From Flavobacterium sp. (lineage in GTDB: Bacteria; Bacteroidota; Bacteroidia; Flavobacteriales; Flavobacteriaceae), in contig NZ_JAYSSZ010000060.1 in assembly GCF_043720215.1 (NCBI RefSeq), positions 1 to 43,861 of the forward strand: DNA of 43,861 bases. Reading direction: 5' to 3'. This document shows, in pieces, positions 31,241-40,862 of this stretch; positions within the stretch are counted from its first letter, which is position 1; the number at the start of each line of letters is the position of its first letter. A program made the position numbers and the translations under genes. Under the pieces are notes generated by a model. The model saw nothing but the letters and a program-made list of their open reading frames with translations. It had not been told where the DNA came from and ran no database searches.

Positions 31241-31987
31241 CTACTTAAAATTTTTAAGAAATTCCTCTTTATAAGTCGCAGAAACTTCAATTTCAGCATC
31301 ATCATACAAAACTATATAACCGCCTTTATTATATGATTTTACAAAATTCACATTGATAATATGTGATTTGTGCACACGCAAAAATGGAAACGGCAAAATT
31401 TCTGAAAAGTGTTTTAAAAATCGACAAACCATTTTTTTGCTTCCATTTGATAAATATAAATCGGTGAAGTTTCCATTGCCACGCAAACGTACAATATCTT
31501 CCATTTTTACGACTTCAAAACCTTCCAATGTAGGCAAAATTACTTGTTGCTTTTCTGGTTTTGTTTCTCTAAAATTTTCAATAATAATCTTGTTTCGGTT
31601 AAAAACTTCATGATTTAAAATTTGTTGATGGACTTTGTTTACAGCCACAACAAGCTCTTCGATACTAATAGGTTTTAGTAAGTAATAAGCCGCACTTTGA
31701 TTTAATGCTTTTAGAGAATATTCTGAAAAAGCGGTTACAAAAATAGTTTCAAACTGCAAATCTTTACAAGCTTCTAACACATCGAAAGCATTGCCAAACG
31801 GCATTTCGACATCTAGAAAAACCAATTGTGGTTGCAAGTCGTGTAGCAACGGAACGGCTTCTTTTATGTTTTGTGCTTCACCAATAATTTCTACTTGCGG
31901 GCAATATTTACTCAAATAATTTTTGAGTACTTCTCTCGCTGCAGCTTCGTCTTCTACGATTACACTTTTTATTTTTTGTAAAGTCAT
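31241..31987 (-). CDS. LytTR-family response regulator
   Basis: 248 aa; REC domain (IVEDE, FLDVEMP, FVTAF, YLLKP) plus LytTR domain (FLRVHKSHIIN); ATGA overlap with the kinase. Confidence 0.95.
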   Translation of the reverse strand: MTLQKIKSVIVEDEAAAREVLKNYLSKYCPQVEIIGEAQNIKEAVPLLHDLQPQLVFLDVEMPFGNAFDVLEACKDLQFETIFVTAFSEYSLKALNQSAAYYLLKPISIEELVVAVNKVHQQILNHEVFNRNKIIIENFRETKPEKQQVILPTLEGFEVVKMEDIVRLRGNGNFTDLYLSNGSKKMVCRFLKHFSEILPFPFLRVHKSHIINVNFVKSYNKGGYIVLYDDAEIEVSATYKEEFLKNFK

Positions 31988-33819
31988 CCTATTTTGTCTA
32001 TTAATGGAAAGCTAATTGTAACAATTGTTCCTATGTCTGGAGTTGTTTTTTCATTAATTTGAAATGAAATTTCTTTTTTGTACAAATCATTCAACAAGGC
32101 GATTCGTTCCTTAGTATTTGTTAATCCTCGTGATTCGTGTACTTTTTGATTTCGGGTTTTTAGCTCTGCACTTTTGGTCAAACCAATACCATTATCATCT
32201 ATAATTACTGCTATTTTTCCTTCTTTTAATAAAAAACTTAGTTGCAATAATCCTTTTTTATCAAGATAACGTAGTCCGTGCCAAATGGCGTTTTCCAGAT
32301 GAGGCTGAATAATCATATTTGGAACTAACGTGGTTTCTGCATCCAGATTTTCATCGACAAAAATCGTAAAATCAAACTTATCTTGAAAACGCAAATGCTC
32401 CAAATCTAAATATTTTTTGAGTTGCTCAATTTCATTATTTAATGTCACAAAATCACGATTAGAATTCTCCATCATATTTCGCATCAGATTGGAATACGAA
32501 GTCAGATATTTATTAGCTTCTAGTTCTTTATTTTGAGAAATAAATTGATTAACACTATTGAGACTATTAAAAATAAAATGAGGATTCATCTCACGTCGCA
32601 ACGATTGCAAAGCAATTTCTTTGTTCTTCCTTTTAATAGAAAACAAGGCTTTTGCAATGAACCCAAAGAAGAACAAAAGCAACAATATAGATCCAATTAA
32701 GAAATAATTGAAAGTATTTTTCTTCGAAATCAACTCGTCTTTTAGGGCTTTTTCTTTTTCTAATTGCTTGATTTTTTCTTCTGTAACTTGAAACGTTTTA
32801 GAATCTATAAGTGTTGTGTCAATTTTAATTAATTCGTCAAAATTCTTAAAAAAATCATCGTATAAAGCTATGCTTTCTTTCTCTTTTCCTATCGATTTAT
32901 AATAAGAAAGTAATTGAGTCAAGCTGTTTTTTGCTTCAGTTGTTTTCCCGTTTTTAATAGCTAGATTGTATGCAGTTTTTAAAGAACTTACGGCTTTATC
33001 TGGTTCGTTTTTCTTAAAATAAATAGTTGATAATGACTGAAGTTGCTCGATTTGGGTGTTAAAATCTTCTGTTGTTTTAGCTTCTTCCAATAGTTTTTCA
33101 TTAATCGAAATCGCCTTACCGAACTGATTATCTGAAGCATATACTTTAGCTATTTCATTCTTGATTTTTATAACTTCTTCTGGTTTATCTTTTGCATAAT
33201 CAATAGCTCTAGTATAACTTTCTATTGCTTCTGCTTTGTTATTTTGTTGCTTACTTATTTCTGCTTGTTGCTTATAAGCTGTAACAACTTCTTCATCCAT
33301 TTCTTTAGTTGAAGATTTTTCTCTTTCTAATAAGTCTATTTTTTCTTTTACTAAAACCGCTTGAGCAACAGGACTTGAAGAGTTTCTTAGTCTATTAGCA
33401 TCATTAGAATTTACCTTTTCAACACTTTTATCTTGAGCAACTGATCCAGCAACTTCATAATTCTGAATTGCATCATCGTATTTATTTTGGGATTCTTGAG
33501 CTTTGGCTAATTTTCTAGCAACTCTTGGTTTGTCTTTATCTAGCTTTAATTTATTATAAATTGCTAATGCTTTTGCAAAATACTCTTCGGCTTTAGCATT
33601 GTCTCCTTTATCCTTAAACTCTTGACCTAATTTTTCATAGTTTTTAGCAATTTTAAGCTCGTCATTTTCGCTTAATGCTTTTTTTAAATCATTTGCAGTA
33701 CTACTTATTTTCGTTTCTGCCTTCTTTTTGTTTCTTACAATACTATCCTGAGCCATTGCTCCTATTGGAAACAATAACGTGATAAAAAGTAAGCTACAAA
33801 CAAATGATAATCCCCGCAT
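31984..33819 (-). CDS. TPR-containing LytS-type sensor histidine kinase
   Basis: Signal peptide, periplasmic TPRs, one TM, MNPHFIFNSLN, ENAIWHG, DDNGIG. ATG 33819 preferred over the 33855 start in the ORF track. Confidence 0.93.
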   Translation of the reverse strand: MRGLSFVCSLLFITLLFPIGAMAQDSIVRNKKKAETKISSTANDLKKALSENDELKIAKNYEKLGQEFKDKGDNAKAEEYFAKALAIYNKLKLDKDKPRVARKLAKAQESQNKYDDAIQNYEVAGSVAQDKSVEKVNSNDANRLRNSSSPVAQAVLVKEKIDLLEREKSSTKEMDEEVVTAYKQQAEISKQQNNKAEAIESYTRAIDYAKDKPEEVIKIKNEIAKVYASDNQFGKAISINEKLLEEAKTTEDFNTQIEQLQSLSTIYFKKNEPDKAVSSLKTAYNLAIKNGKTTEAKNSLTQLLSYYKSIGKEKESIALYDDFFKNFDELIKIDTTLIDSKTFQVTEEKIKQLEKEKALKDELISKKNTFNYFLIGSILLLLFFFGFIAKALFSIKRKNKEIALQSLRREMNPHFIFNSLNSVNQFISQNKELEANKYLTSYSNLMRNMMENSNRDFVTLNNEIEQLKKYLDLEHLRFQDKFDFTIFVDENLDAETTLVPNMIIQPHLENAIWHGLRYLDKKGLLQLSFLLKEGKIAVIIDDNGIGLTKSAELKTRNQKVHESRGLTNTKERIALLNDLYKKEISFQINEKTTPDIGTIVTISFPLIDKIG

Positions 33820-33877
33820 TTTCAATTCATTATTTAACAATGTAAAGTAAATCAATTAAAAAGGGTTTTACAAGTTG

Positions 33878-33910
33878 TTTCACCAAGTGAAAAGCCCATT
33901 TCACCATTTG
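33878..33910. promoter_or_regulatory. LytTR-type direct-repeat binding site
   Basis: TTTCACCAagTG (33878-33889) and TTTCACCAttTG (33899-33910), 21-bp period, upstream of -7 box TACTTTTG (33937-33944). Confidence 0.75.
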
Positions 33911-33971
33911 TACAAAAAACGAAGAATTTAACATTCTACTTTTGAATCATAATCATAAAAAAATAGAAATC

Positions 33972-35291
33972 ATGAAACCACAAAATGCAATAACATTAGG
34001 AATTGGCGCAACTGTTTTATTAACAGTTTTGGCCTGGAAAACAAATGATGTAATACAAAATAAAAACATCATAAAAACCGAAAAAGTATTGGCATCAAAC
34101 ACAATTGAAGAAAAACCGTGTGTATTTATGTCGGTTATGGGTGAACAATCTGTAGATGGTTATGCAAATTATAAAGATGCAGATTCTTATTCTGAGAAAA
34201 TTGAGAATGGCAAAAAATGGATTCTCGCTGCTCAAAACAAAGATGGTGGTTGGGGAGCTGGTTCGCATAGTAATCAGCAAGAAATGAATCCGCATGCTGT
34301 GAGTTCAGATCCTGCTACAACAGCTATGACAGCTATGGCTTTATATCGTTGTGGTTATACTATTGATGGTAAAAAAAACAATGAAAATTTAAAAAATGCA
34401 TTATTTTTTCTTTTGTCAGAAATTGAGAATAATAAAACCGAATCTTATATTACTAAAATTAGAGGGACTCAAATTCAAAGAAAATTGGGCGAAAATATTG
34501 ATGCTGTTTTATCATTACAATTCTTAAATCAGGTAGTTACCACCATTAATGACGAAAAATTATTAAAACGTGTTGAAGAAGCGATTCAAATATGTGTAGA
34601 TAAAATAGAAAAATCGTCGGATTCTAGTGGAAAAGTAACTGGAGCTGGTTGGGCTGGCGTTTTACAATCTTCTTTTGCCAGTTCAGGATTAGAACAAGCT
34701 GCTAAAAACGGAAAAATAAAAGTAAATAAAGACAAACTAGAAGCTGCCAGAAAATACCAAAAAAGCAATTATGATGCTGATACCGAAAACGTAAAAGCTG
34801 ATGATGGTGCTGGCGTTGTGTTATATGCCGTTAGTAGTTCAGTAAGAGGTAGCGCGGTCGAAGCTAAAGAAGCAAATGAACTACTTGATGAAGCTAAAAA
34901 ATCTGGAAAAATTGAAAAAAATGCCATTTTAAACAAAGCTAATTTAGAAAAAATTGGAGTTCCAGCAGCTAAAGCGGCTGAATATGATGTAGCCGAAAAA
35001 GTATATAACTCAGCAAAAACAAAAGCAATGCGTGAAGATGTAATGAACGGTTTTGGTAATAACGGAGGCGAAGAATTCTTAAGTTTCTTGCAAACTGGCG
35101 AATCTATGATTGTAAAAAAAGATTCTGATTGGAAAAAATGGTACGACAATATTGCTGGAAAATTAATTAAAATCCAAAACCAAGACGGAAGCTGGAATGG
35201 CCATCACTGTATTACGAGTCCTGCATTTTGCACCGCAACAAGCTTATTAATTTTAAGCATAGAAAATGATATTCAAAATTTACAGAGATAA
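33972..35291 (+). CDS. Exported prenyltransferase/squalene-hopene-cyclase-repeat (alpha/alpha toroid) protein
   Basis: QW motifs WILAAQNKDGGWG and LIKIQNQDGSW, N-terminal hydrophobic signal/anchor, no DxDD. ATG 33972 preferred because TTG 33942 lies inside the promoter box. Confidence 0.8.
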   Translation: MKPQNAITLGIGATVLLTVLAWKTNDVIQNKNIIKTEKVLASNTIEEKPCVFMSVMGEQSVDGYANYKDADSYSEKIENGKKWILAAQNKDGGWGAGSHSNQQEMNPHAVSSDPATTAMTAMALYRCGYTIDGKKNNENLKNALFFLLSEIENNKTESYITKIRGTQIQRKLGENIDAVLSLQFLNQVVTTINDEKLLKRVEEAIQICVDKIEKSSDSSGKVTGAGWAGVLQSSFASSGLEQAAKNGKIKVNKDKLEAARKYQKSNYDADTENVKADDGAGVVLYAVSSSVRGSAVEAKEANELLDEAKKSGKIEKNAILNKANLEKIGVPAAKAAEYDVAEKVYNSAKTKAMREDVMNGFGNNGGEEFLSFLQTGESMIVKKDSDWKKWYDNIAGKLIKIQNQDGSWNGHHCITSPAFCTATSLLILSIENDIQNLQR

Positions 35292-35308
35292 TATAAAAAA
35301 CAAAAATC

Positions 35309-36478
35309 ATGAAAAATTCAATTTTTTTTACAGCACTTTTAGCAACAACTATTTCACTAGCAAGTTGCCATAATTCGAATGCAAAACCTGTTATTTCTAA
35401 TGAAATCGCATCAATTGAAAAAACTTCGGTTGATGGAAATACAAAAATTCAAGTGGCGCTTTTACTAGATACTTCTAATAGTATGGACGGTTTGATAGAA
35501 CAAGCAAAGTCTCGTCTTTGGAACATTGTAAATACATTAACAACCTTAAAATACAACGGGAAAACGCCAGATATCGAAATTAGTTTGTACGAATATGGAA
35601 ACGACGGTTTATCTGCGGAAGCAAATTATATTCGTCAAGTTACACCACTAACAACAGATTTAGATTTAATTTCCGAAAAGTTATTTACCTTAAGAACAAA
35701 TGGCGGAAGCGAATATTGCGGGGCCGTTATTCAAGACGCAACCAAACAACTTTCTTGGGGGAAAGATAACGACAACATGAAGCTGATTTATGTTTGCGGA
35801 AACGAAGCTTTCAATCAAGGCGGAATCAATTATAAAGAAGCTATTTCTGATGCCCTAAAAAATGATATTTATGTGAATACTATTTTCTGCGGAAACCAAC
35901 AAGACGGAATTAACTCATACTGGAAAGATGGTGCCGATTATGGCAAGGGAAAATATTTTAATATCGATTCAAATCGAGCTATACATTATATCGTAACGCC
36001 TTATGATGTTCAAATTACAACTTGCAACGAAAGGATAAACAACACTTATATTAATTACGGTTCGCATGGTTATGAAAAAAAACAAAAACAAGCCGAACAA
36101 GATAGAAATGCGGGAAGTGTTTCAAGTGCAAATTATGCTGAAAGAACAGTTAGTAAATCGAAAGCGGCATATAAAAACGATTCTTGGGATTTAGTCGATA
36201 AAATGAAAGACGACGAAAAAGCAATAGACAAGCTTAAAAAAGAAGAACTCCCTGAAGAATTAAAAAACAAATCGAAAGAAGAAATAAAAGTTTTTGTGGC
36301 TAAAAAATCGAAAGAAAGAGAAGCTATCCAGAAAGAAATTAGTGAATTGGCTAAAAAGCGTCAAGATTATATAGATACTGAAGCCAAAAAAACAAAAACT
36401 CAAGACGATTTAGGAAATGCAATAAGCACATCTATTGTTTCTTTAGCCAAAGTAAAAGGATATTCTGTTGAGAAATAA
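35309..36478 (+). CDS. vWA-domain lipoprotein
   Basis: 389 aa; lipobox LASC, MIDAS LLLDTSNSM, TNGG.EYCG, charged helical C-terminus. Confidence 0.9.
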   Translation: MKNSIFFTALLATTISLASCHNSNAKPVISNEIASIEKTSVDGNTKIQVALLLDTSNSMDGLIEQAKSRLWNIVNTLTTLKYNGKTPDIEISLYEYGNDGLSAEANYIRQVTPLTTDLDLISEKLFTLRTNGGSEYCGAVIQDATKQLSWGKDNDNMKLIYVCGNEAFNQGGINYKEAISDALKNDIYVNTIFCGNQQDGINSYWKDGADYGKGKYFNIDSNRAIHYIVTPYDVQITTCNERINNTYINYGSHGYEKKQKQAEQDRNAGSVSSANYAERTVSKSKAAYKNDSWDLVDKMKDDEKAIDKLKKEELPEELKNKSKEEIKVFVAKKSKEREAIQKEISELAKKRQDYIDTEAKKTKTQDDLGNAISTSIVSLAKVKGYSVEK

Positions 36479-36489
36479 ATTTTAAACCA

Positions 36490-36552
36490 TTTTGCTACAA
36501 ATTCATAGATTTTCTAATCAACCCGAAGAATATTCATGAATTTGTAGCAAAA
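36490..36552. repeat. Inverted repeat (REP/MITE-like), 17-bp arms
   Basis: TTTTGCTACAAATTCAT (36490-36506) ... ATGAATTTGTAGCAAAA (36536-36552), 29-nt spacer. Confidence 0.8.
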
Positions 36553-36617
36553 AAATAATCTCGTCCCAACCTTTTAGCGTAATTTGTTCTCTATAAGATA
36601 TAATTAAAATCTTACTC

Positions 36618-38231
36618 ATGAAAAAAATAATTTTCTTACTCACTGTTTTGGCTTCTGCAATGTCGTTTGCACAAAAACCAGTTTTTACTTCTGCCAAAGT
36701 AAAAGCAGCAACTGTTTATTTTAACGCTGCCGAAATCTCACAAAGCGCTAACGTTGTCTTGCCTTCGGGAACGAGCGAAATTGTCGTAAAAAATGTAGCT
36801 AATTATCTAAATGAAAGTTCAGTTCAAATTGGCGCACCATCATCTCTAACAGTGCTTTCGGTACAATTTACAAACGATTATATGTCGGAATATGATGTTG
36901 ATGAAAATTCGCCAGCGATAAAAAAAGTAAAAGACAGTGTTATTTTGGTTCAAAAAGAACTAAATCGAGTTATCAATTCCCGAAATTCAGAAAGTAAAAC
37001 CATCGAATTGTTAGACAAAAACCAACAAGTTTTTGGACAAAATTCTGGTTTAAGCGTGATAGAATTGACAAAAATGGTCGATTATTACAAATCGAAACGA
37101 ACAGAAATTAGCAATACCATAAATACACTTGAAGAAAAAGAAAAAAAACTAAACGAGTTAATTACAAAACTAAACAACAAACTCGAAGTAGATACAAGCA
37201 AAGAAGAAAAAACTTCGTCAGGAAAACTGGTATTACAAGTGATGAATACTACGGCTGGAAATGTTCCTCTAGAAATTTCATACATTACAAATAATGCTTC
37301 GTGGTCACCTTTTTATGATTTAAGAGCAGATAACGTTACATCACCAATAAACATGATGTACAAAGCACAAGTGGTTCAAAACACTGGAATAGATTGGAAA
37401 AAAGTAAAATTGACTTTATCTAGTGGAAATCCTAATCAAAATAATCAAGCGCCAATTTTAAGTTCTTGGTTTTTACAGTACAACCAACCATATCCTGCCG
37501 CAGTAATGAATGATTATAAAAGTAAAGAATTGCAAGAAGTTGTGGTAGTTACCTCAGCTGGAATAAAAAGAAAAAAAGATAATGTTTCATCAATCTCAAA
37601 CTACACAACCATCAACGAAAACCAATTGAATGTTTCTTTTGATATAGACATTCCTTACGACATTTTATCTAATGGAAAAGCCCACAGCGTTGCTCTAAAA
37701 GAAATAAAACTACCAGCTTCATACAAATATTATGCAGCACCAAGAGTAGAAAAAGAAGCGTTTTTACTAGCCGAAATTGCAGATTATTCTAAATATAATT
37801 TACTTCCTGGTGAAGCAAATATTATTTTTGAAGGTATGTATGTGGGTAAAACAATGATAAATCCGTCTCAAACTTCGGATACTTTAAACCTAAGTATGGG
37901 AAGAGACAAAAAAGTATCAATCAAACGAGAAAAAGTTGTCGATAAATCAGGAACTAAATTTTTATCGTCTAAAAAAGAGCAAACCTTTACTTACGACATT
38001 ACAGTAAGAAACAACAAAAAAGAAGCTATTGTTATGTTGCTAAAAGACCAATATCCGTTAAGTTCTGACAAAGAAATCGAAATCGAATTACTTCAAAAAG
38101 ATGGCGCCAAAGCCAATCTTGAAACTGGAATCTTAACTTGGGATTTAAATTTAAAACCCAACGAGACCAAGAAAATCAGGATAAGTTATTTGGTTAAATA
38201 TCCTAAAGATAAGATTATTGGGAATTTATAA
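36618..38231 (+). CDS. DUF4140/DUF4139 (MuiA-like) exported protein
   Basis: 537 aa; signal peptide, ATVYFN.A, coiled coil, ASWSPFYDLR, QNTGIDW..VKLTLSSG.P, LLPGEANI.FEG.YVG, DQYP.S, G.LTW. Confidence 0.9.
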   Translation: MKKIIFLLTVLASAMSFAQKPVFTSAKVKAATVYFNAAEISQSANVVLPSGTSEIVVKNVANYLNESSVQIGAPSSLTVLSVQFTNDYMSEYDVDENSPAIKKVKDSVILVQKELNRVINSRNSESKTIELLDKNQQVFGQNSGLSVIELTKMVDYYKSKRTEISNTINTLEEKEKKLNELITKLNNKLEVDTSKEEKTSSGKLVLQVMNTTAGNVPLEISYITNNASWSPFYDLRADNVTSPINMMYKAQVVQNTGIDWKKVKLTLSSGNPNQNNQAPILSSWFLQYNQPYPAAVMNDYKSKELQEVVVVTSAGIKRKKDNVSSISNYTTINENQLNVSFDIDIPYDILSNGKAHSVALKEIKLPASYKYYAAPRVEKEAFLLAEIADYSKYNLLPGEANIIFEGMYVGKTMINPSQTSDTLNLSMGRDKKVSIKREKVVDKSGTKFLSSKKEQTFTYDITVRNNKKEAIVMLLKDQYPLSSDKEIEIELLQKDGAKANLETGILTWDLNLKPNETKKIRISYLVKYPKDKIIGNL

Positions 38232-38252
38232 AAGTTTAAATAATTAAAAATT

Positions 38253-38284
38253 AAATAGTTACAAGAAATTGTAGCTATTTTTTT
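38253..38284 (+). terminator. Intrinsic terminator after the DUF4139 gene
   Basis: AAATAGTTACAA-GAAA-TTGTAGCTATTT followed by a T run. Confidence 0.85.
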
Positions 38285-38311
38285 ATCTTTACTTGACTAA
38301 ATTGCTCCGAT

Positions 38312-39682
38312 ATGAAAACCATTTTATCCATAATTACTTTTTTACATGTGAGTTTTTCTTTCTCACAAACTATTGGTTTAACTAGTTTTGGAACTGGTTT
38401 TTCTAGTCCAGTTGGTATTGAAAATGCTGGAGATTCTAGATTATTTATTGTAGAGCAAGGCGGATTAATTCGAATCTTAAACACAAACGGAACTATAAAT
38501 GCAACCCCTTTTCTAAATGTATCTACTATAATAAGCGCTGGTGGAGAGAGAGGCTTGTTAGGGTTGGCTTTTCATCCAAATTACACAACAAATGGTTTCT
38601 TTTTTGTAAATTATACAAATACCGCTGGAAATACTGTAATTGCTAGGTATTCAGTAAGTGGAAATCCGAATATTGCCAATACAACTGGAACAATACTATT
38701 GACAATTACTCAACCATATTCAAATCACAATGGTGGATGTATAAAATTTGGCCCTGATGGCTATCTATATATTGGGATGGGAGATGGCGGAAGTAGTGGT
38801 GACCCAGAAAATAGATCCCAAAACATTACAGAAAACTTAGGAAAAATGCTTCGCATCGATGTAAACTCAACTGTTTCTCCGTTTTACACAAATCCACCAA
38901 CAAATCCGTATGTTGGAGTTGCTGGGAATGATGAAATTTGGGCAATTGGGCTTCGTAATCCTTGGAAATTTTCTTTTAATAGAAGTAACAATGATTTATG
39001 GATTGCTGATGTTGGTCAAAATAATTATGAAGAAATAAATAAAGTAAGTTCAACAACAGCAGGACTTAATTATGGATGGCGTTGTTACGAAGGAAATACT
39101 GCTTTTAACACGGCTGGTTGTGCAGCACAATCAACCATGGTAACGCCAATAACCGTTGTGTCTCACGCAGCTGGTAATTGTTCCATTACTGGAGGTTATG
39201 TATATACGGGAACCGCTTTTCCAAATTTAATAGGTAAATATTTATTTTCAGATTACTGCAATTCAAGAATAGGAATAGTTACTTCAACAGGAGTACTTAC
39301 CTATTCTTCAACATTTCCAGGAAATAATTTTGCGACTTTTGGTGAAGACAACAATGGAGAATTATATGTTGCTGGGATAGGAAACGGGATAGTTTATAAA
39401 ATAGTTGATACTTCATTAACAATTCCTGAATTTACAATAAATGAATACAAAATATATCCCAATCCGTCTAAAAACGAAGTCTATATAGAAAAACCAACAA
39501 ATAGTTATCCTACGGAAGTTGAAATTTTCGATTTGAATGGAAAATTAATAATGTCACAAAAAACGGATAATAACATTCACAAAAATACCATCAATACTGG
39601 TTTGTTGTCTACTGGTTTATACATTATGACTATTAAAAATAACTTAGAAGAAACTTCGACACATAAATTGCTAATCGAATAG
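38312..39682 (+). CDS. PQQ-dependent sugar dehydrogenase family protein with T9SS C-terminal domain
   Basis: 456 aa; GERGLLGLAFHP, NHNGG..FGPDGYLY..GDGG, GLRNPW, NYGW; CTD IYPNP...GLY...KLLIE. Confidence 0.9.
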   Translation: MKTILSIITFLHVSFSFSQTIGLTSFGTGFSSPVGIENAGDSRLFIVEQGGLIRILNTNGTINATPFLNVSTIISAGGERGLLGLAFHPNYTTNGFFFVNYTNTAGNTVIARYSVSGNPNIANTTGTILLTITQPYSNHNGGCIKFGPDGYLYIGMGDGGSSGDPENRSQNITENLGKMLRIDVNSTVSPFYTNPPTNPYVGVAGNDEIWAIGLRNPWKFSFNRSNNDLWIADVGQNNYEEINKVSSTTAGLNYGWRCYEGNTAFNTAGCAAQSTMVTPITVVSHAAGNCSITGGYVYTGTAFPNLIGKYLFSDYCNSRIGIVTSTGVLTYSSTFPGNNFATFGEDNNGELYVAGIGNGIVYKIVDTSLTIPEFTINEYKIYPNPSKNEVYIEKPTNSYPTEVEIFDLNGKLIMSQKTDNNIHKNTINTGLLSTGLYIMTIKNNLEETSTHKLLIE

Positions 39683-39683
39683 T

Positions 39684-40763
39684 CTAAAACTCAAATCGTA
39701 ACTGCACAACTATTGTTTTCTTAATCTCTGTATTCAAATTTGCCAGAGAAATACCAAGCAATCTCACGGAATCTTTCATTCGTTCTTGATATAGTAATTC
39801 TTTTACAGTTTCAAAAATTAATCCTTTATCAGAAACAAAATAAGGCAAGGTTTTACTCCTAGTTTGTTGTGTAAAATCGCTATATTTTATTTTTAAAGTA
39901 ATTGTTTTTCCTGATATTTTGTGTTTTTGCAATCTACGTTCAAGTTCCGTTGCGATTCGTTCTAATCGCTCAGCCATAAATATTTCGGAGGTAAGATTTA
40001 CATCAAAAGTATGCTCGGCTGCGACCGATTTTGTAGTTCTGTTGGGTTTTACTTCACTGTTGTGAATGCCACGCACAATTTTGTAATACTGAGCACCACT
40101 TTTTCCAAAATGTTCTTCGAGATATTCGACTGTTTTTGTTTTTAAATCCTTTCCAGTAAAAATTCCATGTTGGTACATTTTTTCGGTGGTAACTTTCCCA
40201 ATTCCATAGAATTTTTTGATATCTAGAGCTTCTAAGAAATCTTCAATTTCTTCTGGATTGATGGTTTTTTGCCCGTTGGGTTTGTTGTAATCGGAAGCAA
40301 TCTTTGCTACAAATTTATTTGATGAAATACCAGCCGAAGCCGTAAGACCAACTTCATCAAAAATGCGCTTTCTAATTTCTTGTGCAATTAATGTGGCACT
40401 TGGATTTCCTTTTTTGTTTTGAGTAACATCTAAATAAGCTTCGTCGAGAGATAAGGGTTCGACCAAATCCGTGTACTCATAAAATATTTTTTGAATTTTT
40501 TTAGAAATCTCTCTATACCTATCAAAACGTGGCGGAACGAAAATTAAATCAGGACAATTTCGTCTAGCTTGTGCGCCACTCATCGCACTACGAACACCAA
40601 ATTTTCGTGCTTCGTAACTTGCTGCCGAAACAACACCACGAATTTCGCTTCCGCCAACAGCCAATGGTTTTCCTTTTAGATCAGGATTATCCATTTGCTC
40701 GACTGATGCATAAAATGCATCCATATCGACGTGAATTATTTTTCGCTGTGGATTATCGGACAT
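39684..40763 (-). CDS. dinB: DNA polymerase IV
   Basis: 359 aa; HVDMDAFYASVE, SYEARKFGV, SLDEAYLD, AKIASD..KP; -7 box TAAATTTG at 40768-40775 (minus). Confidence 0.97.
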   Translation of the reverse strand: MSDNPQRKIIHVDMDAFYASVEQMDNPDLKGKPLAVGGSEIRGVVSAASYEARKFGVRSAMSGAQARRNCPDLIFVPPRFDRYREISKKIQKIFYEYTDLVEPLSLDEAYLDVTQNKKGNPSATLIAQEIRKRIFDEVGLTASAGISSNKFVAKIASDYNKPNGQKTINPEEIEDFLEALDIKKFYGIGKVTTEKMYQHGIFTGKDLKTKTVEYLEEHFGKSGAQYYKIVRGIHNSEVKPNRTTKSVAAEHTFDVNLTSEIFMAERLERIATELERRLQKHKISGKTITLKIKYSDFTQQTRSKTLPYFVSDKGLIFETVKELLYQERMKDSVRLLGISLANLNTEIKKTIVVQLRFEF

Positions 40764-40784
40764 GGTACAAATTTAAAAAAATTA

Positions 40785-40822
40785 CACGGAGTTTCGCAGA
40801 GAATACACAGAGGTTCACAAAG
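40785..40822. repeat. Four CACAGAG-like units with 10-11 bp period
   Basis: CACGGAG 40785, CGCAGAG 40795, CACAGAG 40806, CACAAAG 40816. Confidence 0.6.
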
Positions 40823-40862
40823 TTTGTTTTCATAAAAAGTATATCTTTGGTAATCCGAACTG

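Noticed and set aside
33972-35291. Hopanoid or sterol biosynthesis call for the QW-repeat protein
   Set aside because: Too short for a two-domain cyclase, has an export signal, lacks DxDD/DCTAE, and has no isoprenoid genes nearby.
40785-40822. Short periodic repeats as a possible CRISPR array
   Set aside because: 7-bp units with 3-4 nt gaps, no spacers and no cas genes.
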